This document shows positions 18,384 to 30,100 of a stretch of 64,000 nt of DNA, one piece after another. The DNA is taken from the IMG/VR virus record IMGVR_UViG_3300031857_000122, positions 4,965 to 68,964 of that record, one strand, 5' to 3'. Below the pieces are notes generated by a model, which did not search any database, had not been told where the DNA came from, and saw only the letters and a program-made list of their open reading frames with translations. The stretch's first letter is position 1. Each line of letters begins with the position of its first letter. Origin of the DNA: a virus. Made by a program: the position numbers and the translations under genes.

Positions 18384-21300
18384 ATGGCAGAATTTGAACA
18401 AATAGAATCTTCGCAGACAACAGGAGGCGGTGAGCCACCAGTTAAAAGCCTTTACAATTCACTTGTAAAAGATAAAGAGTACGGAAGTATATTCAGTACA
18501 TATACACCGGAAGAATTTGAGTCAAACATCAAATCAAATAAGGAGGCGGCAAATTCGCTAAGGCAAATAGCCGTAAGCAAGGGCTTGTACAAAACAGACA
18601 AGGACTTTGATGCCGCCATATTTGCTGTTAAGCCAGCGGCCCCGGCACAACCCGTAACTCAGGCAAAACAGCCCAAAGAAGAGAAGGGTTGGATTAGTAC
18701 AGCTATCACGGAAGGGGCTCCAGGCGTTGTCGCCAAGTTAGCCACGACTCCTTTCGGTCAATCGCTTGGCCGGGCAATGAAGCAAAAGGAAGAAATTACA
18801 GGGGAGCCTGTAAAAAAAAAAGAAGGTACTGGTATCAGTTATGGTGAGTATAAGCGTACCCCGCTGGATGATTATGAACAGATTCAGCAGGAGTATGTTG
18901 ATATTGATAAAACGTATCAAGGGCTTAAAAGTAAAACTACTCCAACAGGACGGCAATTAGCTCTCGGCATAACACCCGAAGTTATCTCTTCCGACCTTAT
19001 AAAATCAAGAGAAGAAAAAAGGAGGAGGTCCGATGCTATTCTTGCTAAATCTCAGCCAGAGATTGAAACATGGGTGGAGTCCATTATAGGAAACAAGGAT
19101 AAAGGAATTTCATCAAAGGTTAGCCTTTCTATTGATACAAAAGAAAAAACAAATCTTCCTCGCGGCCTTTACAGGAACAATGCGGGGAACATCACCGTGG
19201 ATGATGCTGTAACAGACAGCTTTGCAAAAGAAGAAGTACGCAGACGTGGACTCCCTGAAAACGGGGTGGTTTACAAACTATTAAAGAACGCTCTTGATAG
19301 AAGACTTCCTTTTGAATTGGCTCGTCCACAGATTGAGGGGGATGCGGAAAGAAATTTCTTTAAAGAGAATGGCATATCTATAAACGATGCAAGGGCTAAA
19401 GATTTTGTAAAGCAGCTTGGGGGCACAGAAAGCGAGCAGAGAGCGTTAAACGAAAGAACAACAAAACTTGGCGAGCAGATATTTTCCGAAAGGGATGCTA
19501 AAATTAATGAGCTAAACCAGAATCTTAAATCCTTACAAGAGGCGGACAAAAAAAGAATGGACGCTGATGAGGAAGGAATGGCTGCGTACAATGCTGTCAG
19601 GGATAACTTAGTTACCAAATACCAAGACCTCGTAAATAAAGGGGAACTATCCGTAGAGCAGGCCAATGCCTATCTTAATAGCGACCAAGTAAACGAGGCT
19701 GCCAATAGGGCCAGGAACGAAGTGCTTCAAAAGAAGTACGGAGCTAAGATGAAAACGGATTATGACAAGTATCTGTCTTCGTTTGGGAACACTAATTCCC
19801 GTTATAAAGCCCGTTACGAACGTGAAGCAAAGGAGGCGGAAGTTGTAGCCAACGCACAATTAGATAGGCGTGTGGCAGAAATGAAACTCAAATACAAGCC
19901 TTCTGATGCGTTTATTGGCAAGTATAGAAAAGCATACGAATCTGCTGCCAAGAAATATTCTGATACAAAGATGTCTCAGGAGGTGGCACGTGAAGCCGGG
20001 GCTGATGCTGTTGATAGGATTACGCGAAGCATTATGTCCAGTTATGGAGATGGCGTAAGAGGATTGGGGCAATTCTTTAATATGCCCGATGCGGAGCAAT
20101 TTGGAGAAGTGTTGTCTTCTAATTTTAAAGGGGCAAATCTTAAATTAAAGCCAGGCGCAGAAGGATGGAAGCAAGCTCTTAACCCATTCGACCCTGCGGC
20201 ACAACAAGGTTTTGGTCAATTATTGGGCCGCATGGCTCCAGGTCTTGCCGCATCTGCTGCTGTTGGTGCAGCTACGGGCGGACTGGGAGCTCCTGTTCTT
20301 GGTTCTGCTATTGCAGCCGGGCTTACTGGGGGCTTAATGGAAACGGCTGACATTGTAGGAACAATGTATAATGATGTTTTGGAGCAAACCGGAAGCCATG
20401 CTAAAGCGTCAATAGCTGCTAATGCAGCCCTTAAAAGCCAAATTCAAACAGCTCCTGTATATGCTGTGGATGCCTTTGCTTATTTTCCTAAGTTATTCAG
20501 AGGGCTCAAATACGGCAAGAATGCATTTGGAAGAGCCATGTATGGGGCCGGAACGGAATACATAACAGAAATGATGCAGGAGCTTCCTCAGAATGTATAT
20601 GAGGAGCTCATCCGTAAGGGTGTGGAGGATGATAAGCCATACGACCCATCAATAGGCTCTATGCTTGCCAACATCAACATGGAGCGTATTAGTGAAACAG
20701 GCAAGCAGCTAACGGGCACAATCCTTATGGGTGGTGCTCCTTCGTTGTTTAGGGACACAGGGGAGGGGATAAGCAAGCAGCTTGCTAAAAGGGCGGCCCA
20801 GGCTTATTACGCAAAGAATGTTCTTACAAACGCCTCCCATCCGGCTCTTATTCTTGAGAACCAAAGTCAATTCCTGCAAAGGGTGTATGACAAGAAGGGG
20901 AAGAACTTTGCCAATGCCATGATTGGGACGTTCCTGATTAACGGGAACTTAAACAAAGAGCAGGCGCAGGCTCTCACTGTGAGCATGGAGAACTACGAAG
21001 GGTTCAATAAAATACTTGCACAGAAAAAGAGGCAAGACATGAATCCTCTTGCCAAGCAGGCTTTGTTCACCCTTTACAACAAATGGATGACAGCGAGGGC
21101 CTCCAAAAACGAAGAGGCTACACAAAAAGCTCTTGGCGATTTTCAAAAGCTATGGAGCGGAGGAGGAGCCGACCTGCTTCTTGTTCGCCTTGCCGATGGC
21201 TCTACGAATGTCTACACATACGATGACTTCGATACGCTTCTTGACAACGAGAAGATGCAAGAACTCGTAAGGCAGCAGGGATTTGAAATTACGCCATTCT

Positions 21301-23672
21301 CTCAAACTCCCAATGACCCACAAGTGGCCGCTATGAATCAGAGGCTACAGGAGATTTTTGAGAGTGGCCCACAAGCCGCTGCTGAAAGAGAGGATTCTGG
21401 GTTTACAGCCCCTGACGACGAGAAGATTCTGGAAGGTCAGAAAAGAACAGGCTTCCAAGTTGTATCGCCTCTTGCCAATCTTCCCGAAGAAATACAAGCC
21501 GCTCTGCAAGCCGCCACGGACAACCAGGAAGGCTTCGACCCGCAAGCTGTGAGAGATGCATCCAATTACTTGTATCGGCTGTACAACATTACAACAAACT
21601 CAAAGAAGTCCACAACAAGGAACCTTACAAGGGCTCAAATAGCCGACCAAATGGAAGAGCTCGGAACGGCTCTTGACCTTCTTGGTAATTATTACAACAG
21701 GCTTGCCACAGGGGAAATGGAGATTCAGGAGCAAGCTGAACAGCAAGAAGGAGCCGCTCAAGCAGAGCAGACCCAAGCTCCGGGTACGCAACGTCCTCCT
21801 CTCCCAGGAACGCCGCAAGTGAATGTCCTGACGGATGACGAAATCCTTAGCCGTATGACGGAAGAGGAGCGTGATGGCTATTACGACCACATCCTTAAAG
21901 GGGACAAGGATTCGGCTCAGGCAATGATTCGTGGCATGAGGAATGAAATCCTTGGGGCGGAACAGCAGATGGGGGAAGTGCGTGATGCCGCTGCAATGGT
22001 ACAGAACGCTCTGGAAGAGTCTGGCGTTGAAGTGACAATGGTGGACAACCCCGAAGAGTTTGATAAGCTCATAAGGGAGAATGGAGGCACAGGGCAGGCT
22101 GCTGCTCAGGGGATGTTCTTTGCTCCTTCAGGGAAGATATTTATTAACAGGTCACTCCTTCGTGGCAAGGATGCCAAGGTGGTGGTGTGGCACGAGGGAA
22201 CACACCCTGTGATGAACATCATCCGCAACACCAATCCTGAGTTGTACGACAAGGTGGTGACGGGCCTTAAAAAGGCTTCCATAAAAAACAAGCAGATAGC
22301 CGGAATCATACGGGAGCAACAGAGATTGGAGGTGGACCCGGCTCGTCAAGATGATGAGGCTATAGTGGAAACCATTGGTCAGATTGCTGACGGGAGTATT
22401 CTTCTGAGTGACATCCCTACGACACTCCGTGATGCGCTTGTTGAATTCATCAATAAGATAGCGGCTGTCTTTGGCCTTCCTCAGATTAAAGTGTCTGATG
22501 TGGTGGCGTTCAAGAAGCTGGCTGCTGATATTTCTGCTGTCCTTAAAGGCGACAAGAAGTTGGGAGAAGTGGTTGGCAAGGATAACATCAAATCCTATCA
22601 GGACTTAATAGGCCAGGCGGAATCAAGGGGCCAGGCGAGGAGAGCCACGCCATTAACAAATGATACAAATCAAATTATTGAGGATGCAAAAGCGAATGGT
22701 ACATATTTAAAAGCACCTAACGGAAAGCCAACAAATTTAAACGAGTCCCAATGGGCGCAGGTTCGTACTAAAGCGTTTAAGAATTGGTTTGGAGATTGGG
22801 AAAATGACCCAGAAAACGCATCTAAAATAGTAGATGAAAATGGAGAGCCACTGGTAGTTTATCATGGAAGTTCTTATGGAGGAATTGAAATATTTGATAG
22901 AAAACAAAGCGAAAGACTATCATCTGGAGTAAAAGAATTTGGCAATTATTTTGCTACAAATAAAAACTTAGCCGAATTCTATCAAAAAAACGCTACTCTA
23001 AACGAGGATTTCCTTGAAAAAATAAATAAGGATATAAATAAATTAGAGACAAAACTAAATGAAGTTAGAAATAACCGAGATTTTAATGAAATTGAGTCTG
23101 AAATTAATAGACTTAAACAATTAAAAAAAGGTAAAACATATCCGGTATTCTTAAATTTAAGAAAAGTAAAAGAGTTTGATGCTGAAGGGAAAGAAAATGT
23201 TGAGGCATGGAATAATTTAGAAGTTAAAGCATCTTATAAATATGCAAAAAATAGAGACGCCATGGAGTTCTTAAAAGAAGGGCTTTTTGGAGTTGAAAAA
23301 GTAGATGGAGTTGTTGCTAAAAACATAGTAGATGCATTTGTTCAAGGTAATGAAAAATTAAGAAAAGAATTAATTGGGGATGTTGTTTTAGTTTTTGATG
23401 ACAGCCCCAATAAAATTAAATCCGCTACAGAAAATGTAGGCACATTTAATCCTGAAGATGCTCGCATACAATTCCGCAAAGCCTCTCCTGTTTTCTCCCA
23501 GCTTGATGCAGCATTGGCTCTCTCCCCCGTTAAGAGTAAGGAGGCTCGCTCCGAACTCATTGACAAATATGGAAAAGAAACAGTGGACCAAATGATTGAA
23601 ATAACTCGTAATTTTGAAAAAATAATCAACGGCCTTGAAGAACAAGAAGTCGTTACAAAAGATTGTCCATGA
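18384..23672 (+). CDS. large polyvalent/ejection protein A (zincin domain and ADP-ribosyltransferase-like domain)
   Basis: 1762 aa; Gly/Ala-rich hydrophobic segment; VWHEGTH zincin; FKNWFGDW...DENGEPLVVYHG...YF...YPVFLN...IKSATENVGTF ART-like module. Confidence 0.75.
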   Translation: MAEFEQIESSQTTGGGEPPVKSLYNSLVKDKEYGSIFSTYTPEEFESNIKSNKEAANSLRQIAVSKGLYKTDKDFDAAIFAVKPAAPAQPVTQAKQPKEEKGWISTAITEGAPGVVAKLATTPFGQSLGRAMKQKEEITGEPVKKKEGTGISYGEYKRTPLDDYEQIQQEYVDIDKTYQGLKSKTTPTGRQLALGITPEVISSDLIKSREEKRRRSDAILAKSQPEIETWVESIIGNKDKGISSKVSLSIDTKEKTNLPRGLYRNNAGNITVDDAVTDSFAKEEVRRRGLPENGVVYKLLKNALDRRLPFELARPQIEGDAERNFFKENGISINDARAKDFVKQLGGTESEQRALNERTTKLGEQIFSERDAKINELNQNLKSLQEADKKRMDADEEGMAAYNAVRDNLVTKYQDLVNKGELSVEQANAYLNSDQVNEAANRARNEVLQKKYGAKMKTDYDKYLSSFGNTNSRYKARYEREAKEAEVVANAQLDRRVAEMKLKYKPSDAFIGKYRKAYESAAKKYSDTKMSQEVAREAGADAVDRITRSIMSSYGDGVRGLGQFFNMPDAEQFGEVLSSNFKGANLKLKPGAEGWKQALNPFDPAAQQGFGQLLGRMAPGLAASAAVGAATGGLGAPVLGSAIAAGLTGGLMETADIVGTMYNDVLEQTGSHAKASIAANAALKSQIQTAPVYAVDAFAYFPKLFRGLKYGKNAFGRAMYGAGTEYITEMMQELPQNVYEELIRKGVEDDKPYDPSIGSMLANINMERISETGKQLTGTILMGGAPSLFRDTGEGISKQLAKRAAQAYYAKNVLTNASHPALILENQSQFLQRVYDKKGKNFANAMIGTFLINGNLNKEQAQALTVSMENYEGFNKILAQKKRQDMNPLAKQALFTLYNKWMTARASKNEEATQKALGDFQKLWSGGGADLLLVRLADGSTNVYTYDDFDTLLDNEKMQELVRQQGFEITPFSQTPNDPQVAAMNQRLQEIFESGPQAAAEREDSGFTAPDDEKILEGQKRTGFQVVSPLANLPEEIQAALQAATDNQEGFDPQAVRDASNYLYRLYNITTNSKKSTTRNLTRAQIADQMEELGTALDLLGNYYNRLATGEMEIQEQAEQQEGAAQAEQTQAPGTQRPPLPGTPQVNVLTDDEILSRMTEEERDGYYDHILKGDKDSAQAMIRGMRNEILGAEQQMGEVRDAAAMVQNALEESGVEVTMVDNPEEFDKLIRENGGTGQAAAQGMFFAPSGKIFINRSLLRGKDAKVVVWHEGTHPVMNIIRNTNPELYDKVVTGLKKASIKNKQIAGIIREQQRLEVDPARQDDEAIVETIGQIADGSILLSDIPTTLRDALVEFINKIAAVFGLPQIKVSDVVAFKKLAADISAVLKGDKKLGEVVGKDNIKSYQDLIGQAESRGQARRATPLTNDTNQIIEDAKANGTYLKAPNGKPTNLNESQWAQVRTKAFKNWFGDWENDPENASKIVDENGEPLVVYHGSSYGGIEIFDRKQSERLSSGVKEFGNYFATNKNLAEFYQKNATLNEDFLEKINKDINKLETKLNEVRNNRDFNEIESEINRLKQLKKGKTYPVFLNLRKVKEFDAEGKENVEAWNNLEVKASYKYAKNRDAMEFLKEGLFGVEKVDGVVAKNIVDAFVQGNEKLRKELIGDVVLVFDDSPNKIKSATENVGTFNPEDARIQFRKASPVFSQLDAALALSPVKSKEARSELIDKYGKETVDQMIEITRNFEKIINGLEEQEVVTKDCP

Positions 23673-24163
23673 TGAAAATATCCCTTCTCTCCGCAAGTGA
23701 CAAAAAGAAGCTGAACCAAGCCGTTGAGCACGAGCTGTATGCTTCCAATTTCTACAAGTATGCCGCTTCCTGCTGCCAGAAGTATGGCCTGTTCGGGGCT
23801 CAGAAGTTCTTTGAAGCAGAATCTGCTGACGAGCTAACCCATTACTACAAGCTGCGTGACTTCTTTAACGACAGAGGGGACGAAGCTGATATGCCACAGG
23901 TAGATGCTGTAGACTTCAAGGAAGGCATTGACCTTATGGGAATCCTTGATGCCGCATACGAACTTGAGAAAGATTTGGGCGAGTTCTACAATGACTTCTA
24001 CTTCGCCACTAAGGACGCAACGGTTCACGCCCGGATACAGAAGTTTGTAAAGATACAGACGAAAGCTGTGGGTGAGTACGGAGACCTTATAGCCCGTCTT
24101 AGCCTTGTGAGTGAATGCCCAGGAGGCTTGTTAATATTCGACCAGGAACTCGGAAACAAATAA
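23669..24163 (+). CDS. ferritin
   Basis: EHELYASNFY, FFEAESADELTH, DFFNDRG, AYELEK and Q of the ferroxidase centre; ATGA coupling to the upstream gene. Confidence 0.85.
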   Translation: MMKISLLSASDKKKLNQAVEHELYASNFYKYAASCCQKYGLFGAQKFFEAESADELTHYYKLRDFFNDRGDEADMPQVDAVDFKEGIDLMGILDAAYELEKDLGEFYNDFYFATKDATVHARIQKFVKIQTKAVGEYGDLIARLSLVSECPGGLLIFDQELGNK

Positions 24164-24166
24164 AGT

Positions 24167-27100
24167 ATGGCGAAGAACTTAAAGCCCTGTGATTTCATTG
24201 TAAAAACAGGAGGGGAAGCCTTGTCTTCTGCTGAAGAAAGTGCCAAGGAAATCAGCAAATACAAGGGAATATTTAACCCAAATAAAACTGGAGTTCCAGC
24301 AATTGATGACCTTTTAGAAGATGATGGTTATCAGTTCTTCTATAAAGGGGTAAAGGCAGATAGAGTTTTAATGTCCCCAAATGAATATTTGGAAAGAGTA
24401 AGGAAGGGATTAAAAACCAAAACTGATGCTAATATCCTTGCTGGAAAAACAGATGCTATTAAGAAAGCTATAGAGTCGGGAGCGAAAATCAATACGCCTT
24501 TTATATCAACAATAGGAGGTAAGTTTTCCCAAGAAGGCAGAAATAGAGCCGTTGTTGCAAAGGAACTTGGGGAGCAAAAGATTCCTGTATTCATTGAATC
24601 AGATGTCACCTTTGATGATAAAATCAACCGGGGGGCAGAGTTGGTAAAGCAATCTCAAGAAAAAGGCAACAAGACAAAAGAGGATGTTCTTGATGGCATA
24701 AAGAAACTAGGACTGCATCGTGATGGAATTAGGTTTATTGATGACAATTATGATGCAATCGAAGAGAAGTCTTCTAAACTCGGAACAGGCAAAGAGGTGC
24801 GCCTTTCCTACGACGAGATGCGCCAATACCTTTTGGATAATCCTGAAGTATGGAGGGATGTCTCTACAAGGCGGAAGGGGCAGGCGAGGGCGGTTCCTAT
24901 TATTTTAACAGCAAAAGATGTTGTTGTTAAAAAATCTGATGACTTTGCCAATGATGCCGAATATGTTGTTTTAGATAATGGTAAAGAAATAGGAAGGCTA
25001 TGGTATGATAAGTCCCAGAAGAATTGGAGTAATCCTAATTTTTATAGGCCGAACGCAGAACCTTATTCATTTAAAAGTATCTATGGAGATATATTAGGCG
25101 AAACCAAAGAGGAGGCTGTAGCTGAAATTATTAAAAGGCACAACGAAACCAAAAAAGAAGAAGAGCCAAAAGTATCCTATGTCAAAGACGAGATATTAAA
25201 TAACTTTTTAAATATACTAAACGGCACAAAGTCATTAGCCGTAAATCCTATTTCTAAAAAAGAATTTATTTATGACGACAGGGCCGCATTAGAATTTAGT
25301 AGATTTGATAAAGGCAACCGGAAAGAAATAGAACTACAGGATATTGCCGTTTTTGACAAAGGGAAAGGAGAGGGGATGTCTGTGATGAAAGACATTACAG
25401 ATGCTGCCGACAAAGCGGGGATTATTTTAACTCTTGATGCAAAGCCGTTTGGCACAGAAGGTCTTGGCAAGAAAGACCTCATTGAGTTTTATAAGAAGAA
25501 CGGATTTATTGTTGATTACGAAGAAGCCTATGGCGGAGAGTTTGACAATGAAAAAGACCTTATAGACTATGCTTTAAAAAATGAATCTGAAGGAGTTCCA
25601 ATGAAAAGAATTCCTAAAGAAAATAAGGGACAGGCTCGCAAGGCAGGCTTCTCCGGCAACGTAAGCAACGACACGGTGCTGTATGAAGTGGGAGGGGAAA
25701 AGCTACGGGAGTCTAATTACAATGTTGAGGAGGCCCTAAAAGCCGTCAAGGCTTACCTCATCTCCACGGGGATGACAGAGAAGAAGGCCGAAGAGCGAAT
25801 TGATAAATCCAAGCTGGAGCAGAGAATGTCCCGGCTTGCCCTCAATTACGCAGCGTCAGGCCAGGAGGCCGTCTCTGGTATAGCTAAAAGGCTCGTACCT
25901 CAAGAGATTATTGACAGCGTAAACATTGAGCGCAGAACCACCAAGGAGATGCTTGACAGGGGTAAGGAGCTTGTGGATAACGGCACGATTGACCCTGCGG
26001 CTATGGTGTATAGTATAACTTATGAAAGCCCACGTGTTCTTTCTCCTGACGAAGTAGCGGCGGCTGTATATTATAAGAACACTCTTGATAACAAGGCTTC
26101 TACGCTGTACAAAGAAATCAATAAAGCAAGAGAAAAGGGCAATAGAGAGCTTGAGAATAATCTTAAAGCACAACTTAAAGATACAGAAAGAGCTTTAGTT
26201 GAATACGAGAAGTTCTCTATAATTACGGGTAATGTTATGGCTCGTGCCTTTGGTTTACGTAAACTTCTCGTAGACGCTTCATATACTCTTGTAAATATGA
26301 AGAACAAATGGGGGGCCAAATTTGGGTTCGTGCCAGATGATGTGGCTAAGAAGTTTGAGGAGTACGACAAAGCAATGCAAGACCTCAAAAAGGCAGAGGA
26401 AGAATTTGAAAAACTAAAACAGGAATGGGATAATAGGGATGTTGCCGAAAGACTTGCCGAACATTACGAGGCAGAACGCACCAATCCTAAAGTTGCCAAG
26501 CCTAAAGTAATTGCCACCCTGCAAAGCTGGGGTAGCAGGATTGCCAAGCCTATTGCTTCTATATTCTCAAAGAAGGGAAGTGGACAGGCAAGGAAAGCAA
26601 AGGATACGTCCAATGGCGAAATGGTGTACAGGGATGCTGTTGGAATGGTGATGGATTATGTAGCCGATAAGAATGACGTTTCCGATAAGGTCGTCAATGA
26701 GGCTATTGCCAAAGCCATGAAGTACATCAAGGCTTCCACTTGGTACGGCACACTTACGGCAGACGAGAAGGTAGAAGCAGAAAAAGAATTCACCTCATCC
26801 ATCAAAGACGGCGTTGTAGAGCCATTTGCTGTAGGCAAGAATGGCTTGAAGATACCAAACGATGTAATCAAGTATTACGTAGCAGAGGAGGGCTTAAAGG
26901 ACATTGATGAAGTTTCCAAAGCCATCCTTCGTGATTACAAAGCAGAACTTCCTGAAGGTATTACAGCAAGAGATATACGGGATGCCATTACGCAATATGG
27001 TGTCCGCATTATGCCAAGCCAGGAGGAGATAGATAAAACCATCCGTGAGATGAAACGGATAGGGATGAAACGTTCCCAGCTTGAAGACATTAAGAATGGA

Positions 27101-30100
27101 ATCCGTCCATTGAAATCTGGATTGGTTAGGGATGAGAAAACTCAAATCATCCGAGATATGGAACGGGAAATCAATCAAGGGCTCAAAGAACTTGGGATTG
27201 ATGATGTAAACCCAGAGGTGTATCTCAAGTCTGCTCTTGAAAGAATCAAGACAGCCCTTGGCAATCAGATTAAAGACCTTGATAAGGAAATCAAAACCAT
27301 CGAGGATAAGATTGCCGCAGGGGAAAAGGTGGAAGGGTTTAAGAAGTCCGTTAAAAAAGTTGAATACGACACGGCGGCACAGGCTCTTAAAGAACAACGT
27401 GATGCCCTGAAGAAAGTTCGTGAAGACCTTCTTGAGAAGGCCGGAGTCAATACTCAAATCAAAATTGACAATGCCATTAAGGCTCTTGAGCAATCCATTA
27501 CGGAATACGAAAGAAGACTAAATGAAGGAGACTTCTCTTCTTTCCGTACAGAAGAGACCCTACCCGAAACTGATGAGCTAAAAGCGGCAAGGGAAAAGAG
27601 GGACGCTCTTAGGAAAGAGTATAACGAACGCAAGAACGCTCTTCTCACTCCTGAGATGAAGGAGATGAATAAGCTCCGGGATTTGCAAGACAAGCTGGAT
27701 GACCTACTACAGAAGGATGCAGAAGGCTATTACGCACAGGGAATAGAAGTGCGCCCAAGGGCCACCCCAGAATCTCCAGCCGTAAAAGATTTGAGAAATC
27801 AAATTGCGGCAATGGAACAGCGGCTTGGCATTGCTAAACTTCCAGAAGCAAAAGAACTTGAAAGGCTCAGGGAGCAACTTGCAAAGATTATTCGTGGCGA
27901 AACCACTACGGGGAAAGGAAAACAACAAGGACCTGACCTTCCAAGCATTGCCATCCTCAAGCAGAAGATACAGAATGCCAAGGATAGTATGGGCATCACT
28001 TTTAGGAAAAAGGAGGACGCTGCTCTGAAGGCTAAGGAGGAGGCTATCAAAAAGATTGAAAGAGAAATAGCCCAGATTGAAAGAACCGGACAGCGCACAC
28101 CAAGAGCACAGAAGTTTAATTCAGCAGCAACAGAAGCTATGAGCCAAGTTGTAAAGGGTAAGAGAAAGGCTCTTGAGCAAATCCTTGAGCAAACAGGCAT
28201 TGCCGAAAAGGAGCGCATGGAGGCGGCCAAAGAAAGAGACAGGAGATACATTGAAGAACTTGAGCGCAGGCTAAGGGAAAAGGATTTCACTAAAAAACGA
28301 AAGCCTCCCATAGACTTCGATGCAGAAGGGAAAAGAATACAGCGTGAGAAGCGTAAGATTAAAGACCTTTATGACTACGAGTTTGCTAAGAAAGCCTTGG
28401 AAGAAAGAGAGTTCTCTCGTAAGGCATTTGATTTGCTTGCGGCTGGCTACAACATTCCAAAGTCATTGCTTTCAGGACTTGATATGTCAGCCCCGCTTCG
28501 TCAGGGCCTTCCATTCTTAATTGGGCAGCTATTGGTTCCGAGTGTAAAGAATTGGAGGCTATCATTTGAGGGCCAGAAAAAGGCTTTGAATAACCTGAAG
28601 TTCATGTTCCAAAGCACATACGATGTGTTTAGTGGCATTGGAGATTCTAAGGAATTCTACGACAACTGGCTTACAGACTTAAAAGAAACGGATGATTACA
28701 CTCTGATGAAAGCCGCAGGGCTTTACATAGCAGAAGAATCAGCCAAGTTAAAAGCAGGGGAAGAATTGTTTGCCAATAATCTTCTGCATAGGCTACCTAT
28801 ATGGCAGAAGCCACTTGTCGTCCAAGGTCGTACAATACTTCCAGGTCTTGGGATAGCCACACGAAGCGAAAGGGCTTTTAATAGTTTTATTAACTATCAG
28901 CGTGTACAAATATTCCGTGATATGGCGGAAGTGTTTAAGGATGCTGGGCTATCTGAGCAACAGAACTTGCAGGACTTTAAAAACCTTGCTTCTGCCATTA
29001 ACTTATTTACGGGAAGAGCTGGGCTCGGAAGAGCAGAATCTTCAGCAGGAATCCTGAACAATTTGTTTTTCTCTGTAAGACTTCTTGTTTCAAGATTCCA
29101 GATGTTTAACCCTCTATGGTACGCATCACTTTATAGGGAATCTCCTAAAGCGGCATGGTTTGCATTGCAGACAACAGCAAAGTTCACTATTGCCATGATG
29201 GAGCTTCTTGGCCTTGCCTATCTGTACTATGGAAGTGATGATGACGATGACACTAAGGTGGACCTTAATCCACTAAGTTCGGGATTCGGAAGCATCCAGA
29301 TTAGCAAAGACACCAAGGTGGACATCACGGCAGGCTATGCAAAAGCTATAGGTTTTGTTTCTAAACTGCTTGCCGGAGAGTTTGTTTCATCCACAACGGG
29401 AGAAACAAAAGAAATGAAGCCAGAGGATAAAGCTCTTCTTATGCTTAATTTTATTTCAGGTAAAGCAAACCCTTCATTGAGAGTTCCTATAAATTACTGG
29501 CTATCGCAGGTAAACAAAGAGGGGGATAGGGTGACTCAGTTTGGGGAATTGTATAGTTTGCAGGAAGACATTTTGGAGCTGATTCCTCCACTAATTGTAC
29601 AAGACTTTGTTAAATTACAAGAGAAAGAAGGACTTACAAAAACCTCGGCTCTCATCCTGGCTTCTTTCTTTGGTGTATCCGTTTCTACAAAACCTGAGCG
29701 ATACAAAACGGCTAAGGATATATCAAGGGAGACTATTAAAGGCGAGACAAGAGAAACTAAACAGGAGGAAAGAAAGGCTGACGTTCAATTTAAAGAAGGC
29801 GACCCAGAGAGATTCGAGAAGCTGATTGATAAGGAAGCCGAAGAAGAGTATGCCTCAAAGTATCCGCAGATTGAGAAGTCTGATATGCCTTCAGAGGAGA
29901 AGAATAAATTAAAGGATAATTTGTATTCAATTATCAAATTGGAATTGGCTCAGGATAAATTCTTCTCAAGGACATCTGATAAGATTGGGCCTGAGTATTT
30001 CCCCGCTAAAAAGCCATACAAATCAGACGAACTTGTTGAAGCATTCTTCCACATTATGTCCGGCACACCATATCCTCCAATATCGCCTTTTGCCCCCAAA

